Shown one piece after another: positions 11,401 through 20,600 of a stretch of DNA of 64,000 bases. Within the stretch, counting starts at the first letter, position 1, and each line of letters opens with the position of its first letter. Below the pieces are notes generated by a model. That model was not told the DNA's origin. It did no database searches and worked only from the letters and a program-made list of their open reading frames with translations. The stretch is from an uncultured cyanobacterium (lineage in GTDB: Bacteria; Cyanobacteriota; Cyanobacteriia; Cyanobacteriales; CAWCAG01): contig CAWCAG010000005.1 in the NCBI GenBank assembly GCA_963793425.1, positions 1,888,001 through 1,952,000 on the forward strand. Reading direction: 5' to 3'. The translations under genes and the position numbers were made by a program.

Positions 11401-11618
11401 CTTTTCGTATTGGTCAAAAACGTAATGTTCAGGTACATAAATTTGTTTGTAATGGTACTTTAGAAGAAAGAATCAATGAGATTATTGAAAGCAAAAAACA
11501 GTTAGCAGAACAAACTGTAGATGCCGGAGAACAATGGTTAACTAAAATGGATACTGACCAGCTAAGAAACTTACTTTTATTAGATCGGGATGCAATTATT
11601 GAAGAAGAGAATCTTTAG
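8478..11618 (+). CDS. SNF2-family helicase/ATPase (DUF3670-type)
   Basis: LADDMGLGKT, LDEAQ, ALTGTP, QATDRAFRIGQ. ATG at 8478 (MATLHGSW) is preferred over the upstream TTG at 8433. Confidence 0.92.
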   Translation: MATLHGSWILQSHQGYFLVWGETWRNLNTEETSLTTVPLHPYSTNEEELEALLQSHQLPGGEKTWRSQIVTLPSYTKADQGKKKGKGRGKTKLKEKELVPVLSNAKVADFASLSLQPWQVGGYALKPEKAAEFLHSLPLTSFQSEDNYVGAELRFWCQVYRWSLDLLARGKFLPGLFSPQPGEEVAFWQPLLDSAADQELLTKFMRSMPAACLAYQEEVEVQELLLSFLNYIIDFRVRKWLTTNTKPGKENEIKVWLQALSQPENSLEIAPSLTKGWEKIISRWKLPLQDYLVDPLSYQLGKNPFRTCFALEPPEEPGGDWFLDYYLRSIDDEDFLVSAITIWQYPAEQITIENRVIEQPQETLLKGLGLAARIYEPIKATLQESRPVVCDLNPIQVYEFIRAIAWQFQDNGLGVLFPPGLTPGADEKRLGVSIKAQVAEGKKRLGLQSLLNFKLNIAIGDKTLSKQDFERLLAQKSPLVEVEGEWMALQPADVKAAQAVLSSQNENLDLSVEDALRLSQGDTQTLAKLPVVDFQASGVLKELIDNLNNNQSIKTIEVPQKFQGTLRPYQLRGVSWLAFLERWGLGACLADDMGLGKTAQLIGLILHLKEKGTLSAPTLIVCPTSVLGNWEREIYKFAPSLSVVVHHGDKRKKGSNFLNQVERKDLVVTSYALIYRDIKTLEKVEWEGIVLDEAQNIKNPQAKQSKAARELPAEFRIALTGTPVENRLSELWSILDFLNPGYLGTKQFFQRRFAIPIEKYGDRDSLQTLRSLVQPFLLRRLKTDKKIIQDLPEKQEMNVFCGLSEEQAVLYQQLVDKSLEEIEAAAGIQRHGLILTLLLRLKQVCNHPAHFLKEKKIKSAERSGKLLRLEEMLEEVVAEGDRALIFTQFSEWGKLLQPYLERKLGGEVLFLYGSTRRVQREAMLDRFQNDPEGPKLLILSLKAGGTGLNLTRANHVFHVDRWWNPAVENQATDRAFRIGQKRNVQVHKFVCNGTLEERINEIIESKKQLAEQTVDAGEQWLTKMDTDQLRNLLLLDRDAIIEEENL

Positions 11619-11732
11619 GGATTTGCTAGTTGCTAATGGCTAGTTGTGACTTGTGACAAACCGCATTTTTTCATTCTTCTGAGAGAAAGGTTATACTAAT
11701 AACTGTTAACTAATAACCGTCTTCCTGAAATC

Positions 11733-13514
11733 GTGACTAACTTACCCGATTTTTCCAGCCAAGGTTATGAAATAATTCGAGAGTTAGGACGTAACTTGGA
11801 AGGAGGACGTATTACTTGGTTAGTGAGAGAGATAAATACTAATCAAAAAATAGTTCTGAAGCAATTTTGTTTTGCTACAGCGGGTTCGAGTTGGTCTGGT
11901 TTTGAGCTTTATGAACGAGAAATTTCTTTACTTCAAGGACTTAATCACCCTGGCATTCCTCACTATTTAGATAGTTTTCCTACTAAAGAGGGTTTTTGTT
12001 TAATTCAAGAGTATAAAAATGCTTCCCCCCTATCTTTAACTCGCTCTTTTTCTCCGGAAGAAATTAAAATTATTGCTATTAGCATCCTAGAAATATTAGT
12101 TTACTTACAAAACCGCTTACCTCCTATTCTGCACCGGGATATTAAACTAGAAAATATTTTAGTTGATGGCAGGTTAAACGTTTATTTAATTGACTTTGGC
12201 TTAGCGAGTTTAGAAAGTAGAGAAGTTTCTAGCAGCAGTATTTTCAAAGGAACTCCTGGTTTTATTGCTCCTGAACAAATTAGGCAATCAACAAAAGCCT
12301 CAGACTTATATAGTTTGGGGGCAACTTTAATTTGTTTATTAACGGGCAGGAAATCTACAGAAATTTATGATTTAACCACTGAAGATAATCCCTACCGTTT
12401 CGAGTTTGAGCATTCACTCCCACAATTAAACAGGCGGTTTGTCATTTGGTTAGAAAAGATGGTAGAGCCTAGCCTTAAAAATAGGTTTGCCGATGCCCAG
12501 GAAGCTTTGAAGCACTTGCGAGGTCTGGAAATAATTGCTATACCGAAAATAGAATTTAGTGTGGATAAATTTAATTTTCAAGCTCGGAATTTGAATCAAA
12601 GTTTAAGGCAAAATATAATTATTCAAAACTCAGTTAAAGCAACGAACCTACAAGGTAATTGGTCAATTGCTGCCCCTCCTCACGATATTTCGACTTGGAT
12701 TAGCATCACACCACAAAAATTTGAGCAAAATTGGGTCAAATGCCAAATCAAAGTCGATACAAGTAAGTTGCTGGCTAACCAAACTTATCGACGGGAATTA
12801 TGGCTTGATACTAACGCAAGTTCAGACCTCTATATTTTCCCCCTCAAAGTTGTCACAGCTTCCTTAACAACTGAAACCAAAAAAGCTCCTAGCCAGAAGC
12901 TTCTTTTAACTTACTTGATCGCAGTCATCGCCGGTTTACTAATCAGCTTGGCAATTAATTGGACAGTTAATTTACAAATCATCAGATATGCTGTCTTATC
13001 CCTCGCTTTACCTTTATCTTTACCCCTTTTTGGCAACGTCTTTATGTTCCTCTATTTCTCCAAAGAAATGTCTTGGGGAGGAACAACTATAGGTGCAATA
13101 ATTGGTGCAGCTTTGGGGGCAGTTTTTGGTGCTGGATTTGGTGTTATGTTTGCTAATGGATTAGCTGGAGATATTTGGACAGCTTTAGGGGCTATTGTTG
13201 GTACGATCTTTGGTACAAGCATTGGTCCGATACTTTGGTTTGTCGCCAGGGATGAAATAAAATCTTTAAGACAAGACTTCTTAAGTCGAGGCTTTAGTAA
13301 AAGCTTAACTTTCAGCAGTTTGTTACTAACAATAACTTGCGGACTTACTTGTGGAACAGGATTGATTTTCGGTGTATTTAACCCATTTATTTTAGGGTCT
13401 TTAGCCGCAACAAGCCTGCCACTAGCTGGATTGTTATGGTATCCCAACTGGCAACAAAAAAAGCAAATAAATAAATATTACGAAGTCGAAAAACAAACCT
13501 TAGTCAAACCCTGA
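11733..13514 (+). CDS. Ser/Thr protein kinase with a beta-rich middle region and C-terminal Gly-rich transmembrane helices
   Basis: VLK, HRDIKLEN, DFG, GTPGFIAPE, SDLYSLG. Several hydrophobic GxxxG-rich segments follow. Confidence 0.88.
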   Translation: MTNLPDFSSQGYEIIRELGRNLEGGRITWLVREINTNQKIVLKQFCFATAGSSWSGFELYEREISLLQGLNHPGIPHYLDSFPTKEGFCLIQEYKNASPLSLTRSFSPEEIKIIAISILEILVYLQNRLPPILHRDIKLENILVDGRLNVYLIDFGLASLESREVSSSSIFKGTPGFIAPEQIRQSTKASDLYSLGATLICLLTGRKSTEIYDLTTEDNPYRFEFEHSLPQLNRRFVIWLEKMVEPSLKNRFADAQEALKHLRGLEIIAIPKIEFSVDKFNFQARNLNQSLRQNIIIQNSVKATNLQGNWSIAAPPHDISTWISITPQKFEQNWVKCQIKVDTSKLLANQTYRRELWLDTNASSDLYIFPLKVVTASLTTETKKAPSQKLLLTYLIAVIAGLLISLAINWTVNLQIIRYAVLSLALPLSLPLFGNVFMFLYFSKEMSWGGTTIGAIIGAALGAVFGAGFGVMFANGLAGDIWTALGAIVGTIFGTSIGPILWFVARDEIKSLRQDFLSRGFSKSLTFSSLLLTITCGLTCGTGLIFGVFNPFILGSLAATSLPLAGLLWYPNWQQKKQINKYYEVEKQTLVKP

Positions 13515-13639
13515 ACTGAAGAAATATAATCACGTGGGGGCGATGAGTGACAGAATCTAAACAGAGAAAAATCATCAAAATAACAAAACTATCCGATAAT
13601 TAATAATTAGTTACTCTTCCCACACACCTTTATTTATTT

Positions 13640-14770
13640 ATGAATTCTTTCTATCCCCAAAACAAACCTAAAATTGGTATTGCTATTGTTGGTACTGGGT
13701 TTGGGCAGAAAATTCATATACCAGGTTTCCAAAATCATCCCCGTACAGATGTAGTGGCAGTATATCATCGGGATCGGGAAAAAGCGCAAAAAATTGCTGA
13801 TCAGTACAACATCCCCCATGGTTGCACTAGCATATCAGAAATTGTCTCCTTGCCAGAAGTGGAGGCGGTGAGCATCGCTACTCCACCATTTTTACACTAC
13901 GACATGGCTAAGACGGTTTTATCAGCAGGGAAGCATTTACTCTTGGAAAAACCCATGACCATGAATGCTTCTCAGACAAGGGAACTTTATCATTTAGCAG
14001 CCCAAAAAGGAGTTCTTGCCGCAGCAGACTTTGAATTTCGTTTTGTCCCCGCTTGGCAACTCTTGGCAAAATATCTCGCCGATGATTATGTAGGCAAGAA
14101 ACGCCTAATTAAAATTGATTGGTTAGTAACTAGTCGTGCTAACCCTGAACGTCCTTGGAATTGGTATTCCCTGAAAGATAAAGGAGGGGGTGCATTGGGG
14201 GCAGTCGGTTCCCACGCATTTGACTATATTAACTGGTTATTCAGTCCTGTCAAAAAACTAAGTAGTAAATTAAGCTGTGCCATTCCTCAACGCCCTGATC
14301 CTGCTGAGGGAGGGAAGTTAAAACCAGTAGATGCTGATGATACTTGCATGGTAATGATGGAACTAGCTGATGGTACACCCTGTCAACTTAATATTAGTTC
14401 TGTCACCCATCACGGCAGAGGGCATTGGCTAGAAATCTATGGCGATCGCGGTACATTAGTTTTAGGCAGCGATAACCTCAAAGATTATGTTCATGGTTTT
14501 CGCCTCAAAGCCGCAACTCCCGGCAAACCTCTCACTATAGTAGAAATTCCCAAACACCTCGCTTTTACCCAAGTGTTTCCCGATGGGCGTTTAGCACCCT
14601 TCATTCGCGTGGTGAACAATTGGGTACAAGGAATAGATGCCGGTGAACTTAAAGATCCTACTTTGCGTGAAGGAGTCTATTCTCAATTATTAATGGACTT
14701 AACCCACAAAGCAAATGAGGAAGAATGTTGGGTAGATGTGCCAAGTTTAGAGGAATTTCTAGAAGGTTGA
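13640..14770 (+). CDS. Gfo/Idh/MocA-family oxidoreductase
   Basis: IVGTGFG Rossmann motif, GKHLLLEKP, GGGAL..GSH. Confidence 0.9.
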   Translation: MNSFYPQNKPKIGIAIVGTGFGQKIHIPGFQNHPRTDVVAVYHRDREKAQKIADQYNIPHGCTSISEIVSLPEVEAVSIATPPFLHYDMAKTVLSAGKHLLLEKPMTMNASQTRELYHLAAQKGVLAAADFEFRFVPAWQLLAKYLADDYVGKKRLIKIDWLVTSRANPERPWNWYSLKDKGGGALGAVGSHAFDYINWLFSPVKKLSSKLSCAIPQRPDPAEGGKLKPVDADDTCMVMMELADGTPCQLNISSVTHHGRGHWLEIYGDRGTLVLGSDNLKDYVHGFRLKAATPGKPLTIVEIPKHLAFTQVFPDGRLAPFIRVVNNWVQGIDAGELKDPTLREGVYSQLLMDLTHKANEEECWVDVPSLEEFLEG

Positions 14771-14926
14771 ATTGATGGGGAGCTAGGGAGCTAGGGAGCT
14801 AGGGTTCGCGTAAGCGTTGTCGTTAGACTACTAGGGAGCTAGGGAGATGGGAACTAGACTGAGCATTGTTCGGCTTGCCGTTATCGTAGATATCATTGAC
14901 TAGCAATTCTTCCCCTTCCCCTAATT

Positions 14927-15655
14927 TTAAGCGAAATATTCTTCTAATGCTTCAGAACCACCAATCAACTTGCCTTCAATAAAGACTTGAGGAACTGTTG
15001 TCGCACCGCTTACAGCTTGAAGAGATTGCATAGAAGCATCTTGCCCGACTACAATTTCTTCATAAGTCAGACCATGCTCTTTTAACATTGCCTTAGCTTT
15101 AGCGCAGAAAGGACAACCTACCTTCGTAAACAAAGATATTAGTTCGGGTTTAGCGGCTTCTGGGTTAATGTAATTAAGCATAGTTTCCGCATCAGAAACC
15201 TCAAAAGGATCACCAGGAACTTCTGGTTCAATAAACATCTTTTCTACTACCCCATCTTTAACTAACATAGAGTAGCGCCAAGAACGTTTACCAAAACCTA
15301 AGTCTGCTTTATCTACCAACATTCCCATGCCTTCGGTAAACTCGCCGTTACCATCAGGAATCAGGGTGATGTTATTCGCTTCTTGATCTTTTGCCCACTC
15401 GTTCATGACGAAGGTATCGTTAACAGACAGACAAACAATGCTATCAACACCATTCTCTTTAAATACTGGTGCTAAACTGTTGTAACCCGGTAAGTGAGCA
15501 GAAGAACAGGTAGGAGTAAAGGCACCAGGTAAGGAGAAAACGATTACGGTTTTTCCTTTGAATAGTTCGTCACTGGTGACATCAACCCACTCATTATCTT
15601 GGCGAGTTCGGAAAGTAACGCTGGGAACTTTTTTGCCTTCTGAGTTGGATAGCAT
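14927..15655 (-). CDS. Hybrid type II peroxiredoxin-glutaredoxin (Prx5-Grx)
   Basis: PGAFTPTCS peroxidatic motif. C-terminal glutaredoxin with CPFC, TVPQVFI and GG. Confidence 0.93.
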   Translation of the reverse strand: MLSNSEGKKVPSVTFRTRQDNEWVDVTSDELFKGKTVIVFSLPGAFTPTCSSAHLPGYNSLAPVFKENGVDSIVCLSVNDTFVMNEWAKDQEANNITLIPDGNGEFTEGMGMLVDKADLGFGKRSWRYSMLVKDGVVEKMFIEPEVPGDPFEVSDAETMLNYINPEAAKPELISLFTKVGCPFCAKAKAMLKEHGLTYEEIVVGQDASMQSLQAVSGATTVPQVFIEGKLIGGSEALEEYFA

Positions 15656-15685
15656 CTGGGATTTTTTCCTTAACTAAAAACGTAG

Positions 15686-15738
15686 TCATTATGAGTTTAA
15701 ACCACACTATCTTACTCATAATGAATATGAGTTGGCAA
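15686..15738 (-). promoter_or_regulatory. Probable promoter of the peroxiredoxin gene with Fur/PerR-like operator palindromes
   Basis: Minus-strand TTGCCA (15738-15733), 18 bp, TAAGAT (15714-15709). Palindrome ACTCATA-N5-TATGAGT at 15714-15732. Inverted copy of ACTCATAATGA at 15686-15696. Confidence 0.6.
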
Positions 15739-15837
15739 GTATTATACTAGATTCGGTGTTTACTAGCACAGGTTATTTGTGAGGGTAGGGAGTAGGGAGT
15801 AAGGGTTAGAGAAGTTAATTAAGTTAATGCAGAAATA

Positions 15838-15887
15838 TTCTTGATCATGCTCAAAAATCGGTATTTATTCCTGAGCATGATCAAGAA
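15838..15887. repeat. Perfect 16-bp inverted repeat upstream of the TpsB-like gene
   Basis: TTCTTGATCATGCTCA, 18-nt spacer, TGAGCATGATCAAGAA. Confidence 0.85.
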
Positions 15888-15938
15888 GGAAAGTAGAGCA
15901 GCTTTGCAGTATTTGTTCCTAATTATATTGAGATTTAT

Positions 15939-17660
15939 TTGCTGATGTTCCCCACCCAGACTATATCATCGTTAATTTTTTGTATGTCTCCACTGCTTTT
16001 AGCAGCCCCTGTAGTAGCCCAAATTCCTCCGATTCCTCCCAACAGTCCTGAACCTGTTTTACCGGACTCTCCTCAGTCTCCTAACTCGGAGTTGCTGCCA
16101 CCACCAGAGCAACTATTGCAACCGAATCAAAATCCTCAAACCCCTAATTTACCGACCCCGGAAGATATACCAGGAGAAATTCAAGTTCAACGTTTTGAGG
16201 TGATTGGTAGTAGCGTTTTTAGTCAAGAAGAATTCAATGAATTGTTAAAAGAATTCACAGAAGAACCAATTTCCTTTGCCGAACTTCTCCGCACCCAAGA
16301 TAAAATTACTCAATACTACTTTGAACAAGGATACATAACCTCCGGGGCTTTTGTACCTCCTCAAGAATTAGCTGATGGAGTTGTGCAAATTCAAGTTATT
16401 GAAGGGAGAGTTGATGAAGTTGTCATTGAAGGGTTGCAAAGGCTAAAACCTAGTTATATCCGTAGTCGCATCGAACTTGGTAGTCAAACGCCTTTAAACC
16501 AAAACCGCTTGTTTGAAGCTTTGCAACTACTACAGCTTGATCCGAGAATAGCTACCTTAGCCGTAGAATTAGCAGCGGGTTCTCGTCCTGGGGTAAGTGT
16601 TTTAATTGTTAGTATTGAAGAGAATGATGGTTTTTCTGGTCAACTAACTTTAGATAATCAGCGATCGCCTAGTGTAGGAACATTCCGTCGTCGCCTACAA
16701 GCTAGTCATAATAACCTTTTGGGTTATGGAGATACTTTAAGTGTCGGTTATACAAACACCGATGGCAGCAATGCCTTAGACGATTTTAATTATATTTTTC
16801 CTATCAACCCCCGCAACGGTACTGTGGGTTTCCGCCATAGTCGCACCCGCACTAATATTATTGAAGAACCTTTTAATATCCTTGATATTCAATCCAAATC
16901 CTTAAGTTACGAATTAACTTACCGCCAACCCCTTAAACAAACTCCCACAGAAGAATTCGCTGTCGGTGTCACCGTTTCTCGCCAAGAATCTGCAACCACT
17001 CTTCTCGAAATTCCTTTTCCCCTCACCGAAGGGGCAGATAATAATGGCGAATTGAAAATCTCAGCAATGCGTTTCTTTCAAGAATATACAGCCAGAAGTA
17101 GTCAAGAAGTATTTGCCTTGCGATCGCAGTTTAGCTTTGGGGTAGGCTTGTTGAATTCTACTATTAACGAAGATGCCCCTGATAGTAATTTTTTCTCTTG
17201 GCGAGGACAAGCACAATATTTGCGTTTATTAACACCAGATACCATCTTACTTTTACGGGGAGATTTGCAATTAGCTGACCAATCTTTAGTCTCCTTAGAA
17301 CAATTTAGTATTGGCGGGGCAGCGACAGTTAGGGGCTATCGTCAAGATAGTTTATTAGCAGATAATGGCCTATTTGCCTCTGCGGAAGTGCGCTTTCCTA
17401 TTCTCCGTATTCCTAACTGGGAAACAAACTTACAATTAGCACCTTTTATGGACTTTGGTACAGTTTGGAATAATCGTAATTCTGCTAGTAATTTAGCAAC
17501 CAGCACTTTAACTTCTGTAGGTTTAGGTTTGCGTTTAGGAGTAGGAGATGATTTCAGCGCCCAATTAGATTGGGGAATCCCTTTAGTTGACTTAAACTCT
17601 AGTGGAGATAGCTTACAGGAAAATGGAATTTATTTTAGTATTAATTATCAGTTGTTTTAA
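15939..17660 (+). CDS. ShlB/FhaC/HecB-family (TpsB, Omp85) outer-membrane transporter
   Basis: Signal peptide, Pro-rich linker, POTRA-like GYITS..VPPQ, VRGY motif, C-terminal Phe. Confidence 0.9.
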   Translation: MLMFPTQTISSLIFCMSPLLLAAPVVAQIPPIPPNSPEPVLPDSPQSPNSELLPPPEQLLQPNQNPQTPNLPTPEDIPGEIQVQRFEVIGSSVFSQEEFNELLKEFTEEPISFAELLRTQDKITQYYFEQGYITSGAFVPPQELADGVVQIQVIEGRVDEVVIEGLQRLKPSYIRSRIELGSQTPLNQNRLFEALQLLQLDPRIATLAVELAAGSRPGVSVLIVSIEENDGFSGQLTLDNQRSPSVGTFRRRLQASHNNLLGYGDTLSVGYTNTDGSNALDDFNYIFPINPRNGTVGFRHSRTRTNIIEEPFNILDIQSKSLSYELTYRQPLKQTPTEEFAVGVTVSRQESATTLLEIPFPLTEGADNNGELKISAMRFFQEYTARSSQEVFALRSQFSFGVGLLNSTINEDAPDSNFFSWRGQAQYLRLLTPDTILLLRGDLQLADQSLVSLEQFSIGGAATVRGYRQDSLLADNGLFASAEVRFPILRIPNWETNLQLAPFMDFGTVWNNRNSASNLATSTLTSVGLGLRLGVGDDFSAQLDWGIPLVDLNSSGDSLQENGIYFSINYQLF

Positions 17661-17677
17661 GTTGCAAGTGTAGGTTT

Positions 17678-20600
17678 TTAAAAACGAAATTCGTACTCAA
17701 CCACAGCCCGACTATCTCCTTGAAAATCAGTTGAACCACGAAACAGAGTGTTATCATCAATGCGATACCGTAAGCCGTATTGGGCCGGACGTTCGTCGGT
17801 TAAAACTTTAATCACAGAAACAGATAAATCTCGACTAATGTCAAAAGCCGCCTCTGCCCCGACACCAATTTCACTACCTCCCCCCTGGGAATTACTAGCG
17901 GAAGAGGTGGGGAAAAGACGAAACTCACTTAAGCCTAAAGTATCTCCTACTGCCCTTTGGAAGTTACCCAAAAGTGCTGTCCCGGCCAGGTTAGCTAACC
18001 CTACCGCCGCATCTTGACTAAAACTATTGAGTACGCTGCCCCCTAAGAGGGCGACGATTTCAGTTTCACTGCGGCGAGGATTACTGCTTAACTCTAAGTT
18101 TTCATCTAATCTACTCGCTGCCCCTTCTACACTAGCAATCACCCTAACTGATTGGAGGGAACCGAAGGTACTGATGGGGGCATCAGGAATTTCGTTGGGG
18201 TTAGTATCTGTGGGAATAAAAACGGGGGTTCCTTCGGAAACATTGGCGATTAACTGAACATTAAGAATTGGGTCTAGACCTAATTCAGGGCGAAATTCTG
18301 CTGTTTGAGGGTAGCCTCCCCGAAGGCGAAATTGAGTAGTAAAGAGGTTAACCTGACCCCTTTCTAGGGTAATTAAGCCATCAGGTCTAGGGTCATCAAG
18401 AGGGCCGTTGAGGGTAAAATCTCCTTTAGCTGAGAAGTTGAGGATTGGAGGTTGGGTGATTTGAATGTCATCAACAAGATTAATTTTTAGGTTGGCAAAC
18501 TCCGGGGTAATACCAGCTTCTTGGTTATTATTGTCTCCGGCAACCCCCTCTCCCGCACCCGCATCCTCACCGCTACCACCATCCAAATTGCTTGATTCAG
18601 CAATAAAAACTTTACCGTCTTTGAGATTGATTTCACCACTAACTAAGGGGCTGAGGGCCGTACGAGTGATCAAAACCTCTCCCCCTACACCCCCTTGATA
18701 AATACCTTTAAGATTAAAATCGAGTTCTTTGAGGGCAATGGTCAAAGGACTTTCTTGGGGAGATGGTTCACTAATGGGTAAACTTCCACTGACAACCACT
18801 TCGCCGCCGCCATATTTACCCGTTAAGGTGTTAACCACTTCAATGGTGTCAAAGTCGAAGATAATTTCACCATCTACATCCGTAAGAGTTTCTGTTAGCA
18901 ATTCGGAACTAATGGTGGCATCGCTAATGATGGCACTACCATCAACAACTAAATTCTCAGGACGACCTAACTTTTGGTCAAAAATTCCTTTGATGTTGAT
19001 ATCCACATCACCCTTTCCGGCAACCCAACCAAGTTGTTGGCGAGTAAGAATATCTAAAATAGCTAAACCATCATCTTTTACTTTAACAGCTAGAGCTAAT
19101 TCATTACTGGCTGGTTCTACAGTTGTTCCTGGGAGTTGATAAGGGATTTTGCCGTTGACGGTTAAGGGGTTGTCAGGGGAACCTGCTAAAATTGCGTTGG
19201 CTGCAAAGTTGAGGATGGCATCGTTGTATTGAAAACTACCTTCAGCTTTTTGAACAGATTGTTGATTAATTTTGGCATCAACTATTTCAATCGTACCGAT
19301 ACTTTGAGGATTTTCCCTGCTACCGGAGATACTCGCTTGGGCATCTACTAAGCCACCAAAACCAATGGCAGGAGGTAGTTCGACGAATTCTTGAATTAAG
19401 GAGACAGGAACTTGTTTAGCCCGTAGTTGGCCTGAAAGATTTTCTTCTCCTAAGTTACCGGTGAAGGCTAAAGCCCCGTTGTTAGCAAGTTCAATTAATA
19501 CTGGTTGCAGGGTGACTCTGGTGTTGCTAATACTTCCTTGGCTATTAATGCTGCCTTTAGCAACTACCCTTTCCGCTAAATATTCTTCCCATTGCCAGTC
19601 GTCTCCCAAAAAGTCAAACTCAGCTTGCAATGAAGCCAGGGAACTGTTGCGAATAGAAGCGGCAACATCAACACTACCGCTAAATTCCCCTTCAAGCTTC
19701 TCTAATTCCGGTAAAGGAGAAGCATCTTCCCTGGCGAGGCGTTGCTGTTGCAGGAGGGTTTGAACTTCTGCGAGTCGCTGTAACTGAGTTTCAACAGTAG
19801 TACCCGGCAAACCTAAGCTAAGGATACCAATATCTTCTTGGTTGCCATAGTTGCGATCGCCGCTTCCCCTGGTTAAGTCTTCGAGGTCAAAAATTTGCAG
19901 GGCATAAAGGACATCTTCAATGCGGCCTTTTTCTACATCGGCTTTGGCAACAATTTCTGGGCCAGAAATGCCAGGGGATAACCTAGCATCGAGGGCATAA
20001 ATACTTTCCCCTTTACGCAATTCTCCTTCATTAAAAACCCCGAAACCATTGGCATAATTAAATCTGCCTGTGAATAAGTCTCCTTCAAAGTTACCGACAA
20101 TGGGACGCGCGATCGCAATATCTCCAGAGATGGCGAAGGTTTTGAGGTTAACGGCTATGTTGCCGCTAAGTTGTCCTGCTAAGGTTTGAGTTGCTAGTTG
20201 CGGAGGCAGAGGAATGAATTCTTTGGCGATGCTGATGGGGAAGTTTTCTGTGTCTATATCGAGGATATCTCCTCGTCTTGTACCAGTGGCTGTAACTTCA
20301 ACAAAGTCATCTTCTTCGAATCTGACGGCAACATTTTGGTCGAAGCGGATGTAAAAGGAGTTTGGTTGGTAATTAGGGGCAAGGGCAACACGGATGATAT
20401 CGTCTTCCCCATTTAGTTGTAAGTTGATACCGGAATCTTGGGAGGTTACGCTTCCTGCGAGTAAGGGGTCAAAATCTAAACCATCAAAAATAAAGTTCCT
20501 TAAAGCAATACCGCCATTAATGTTGGGGGATTTAATTGTGCCAGCAATCCTACCATCAAAGTCTGCAAGCCCTCCTAAAGCTAAGTTTGCGGCTGCTTCT

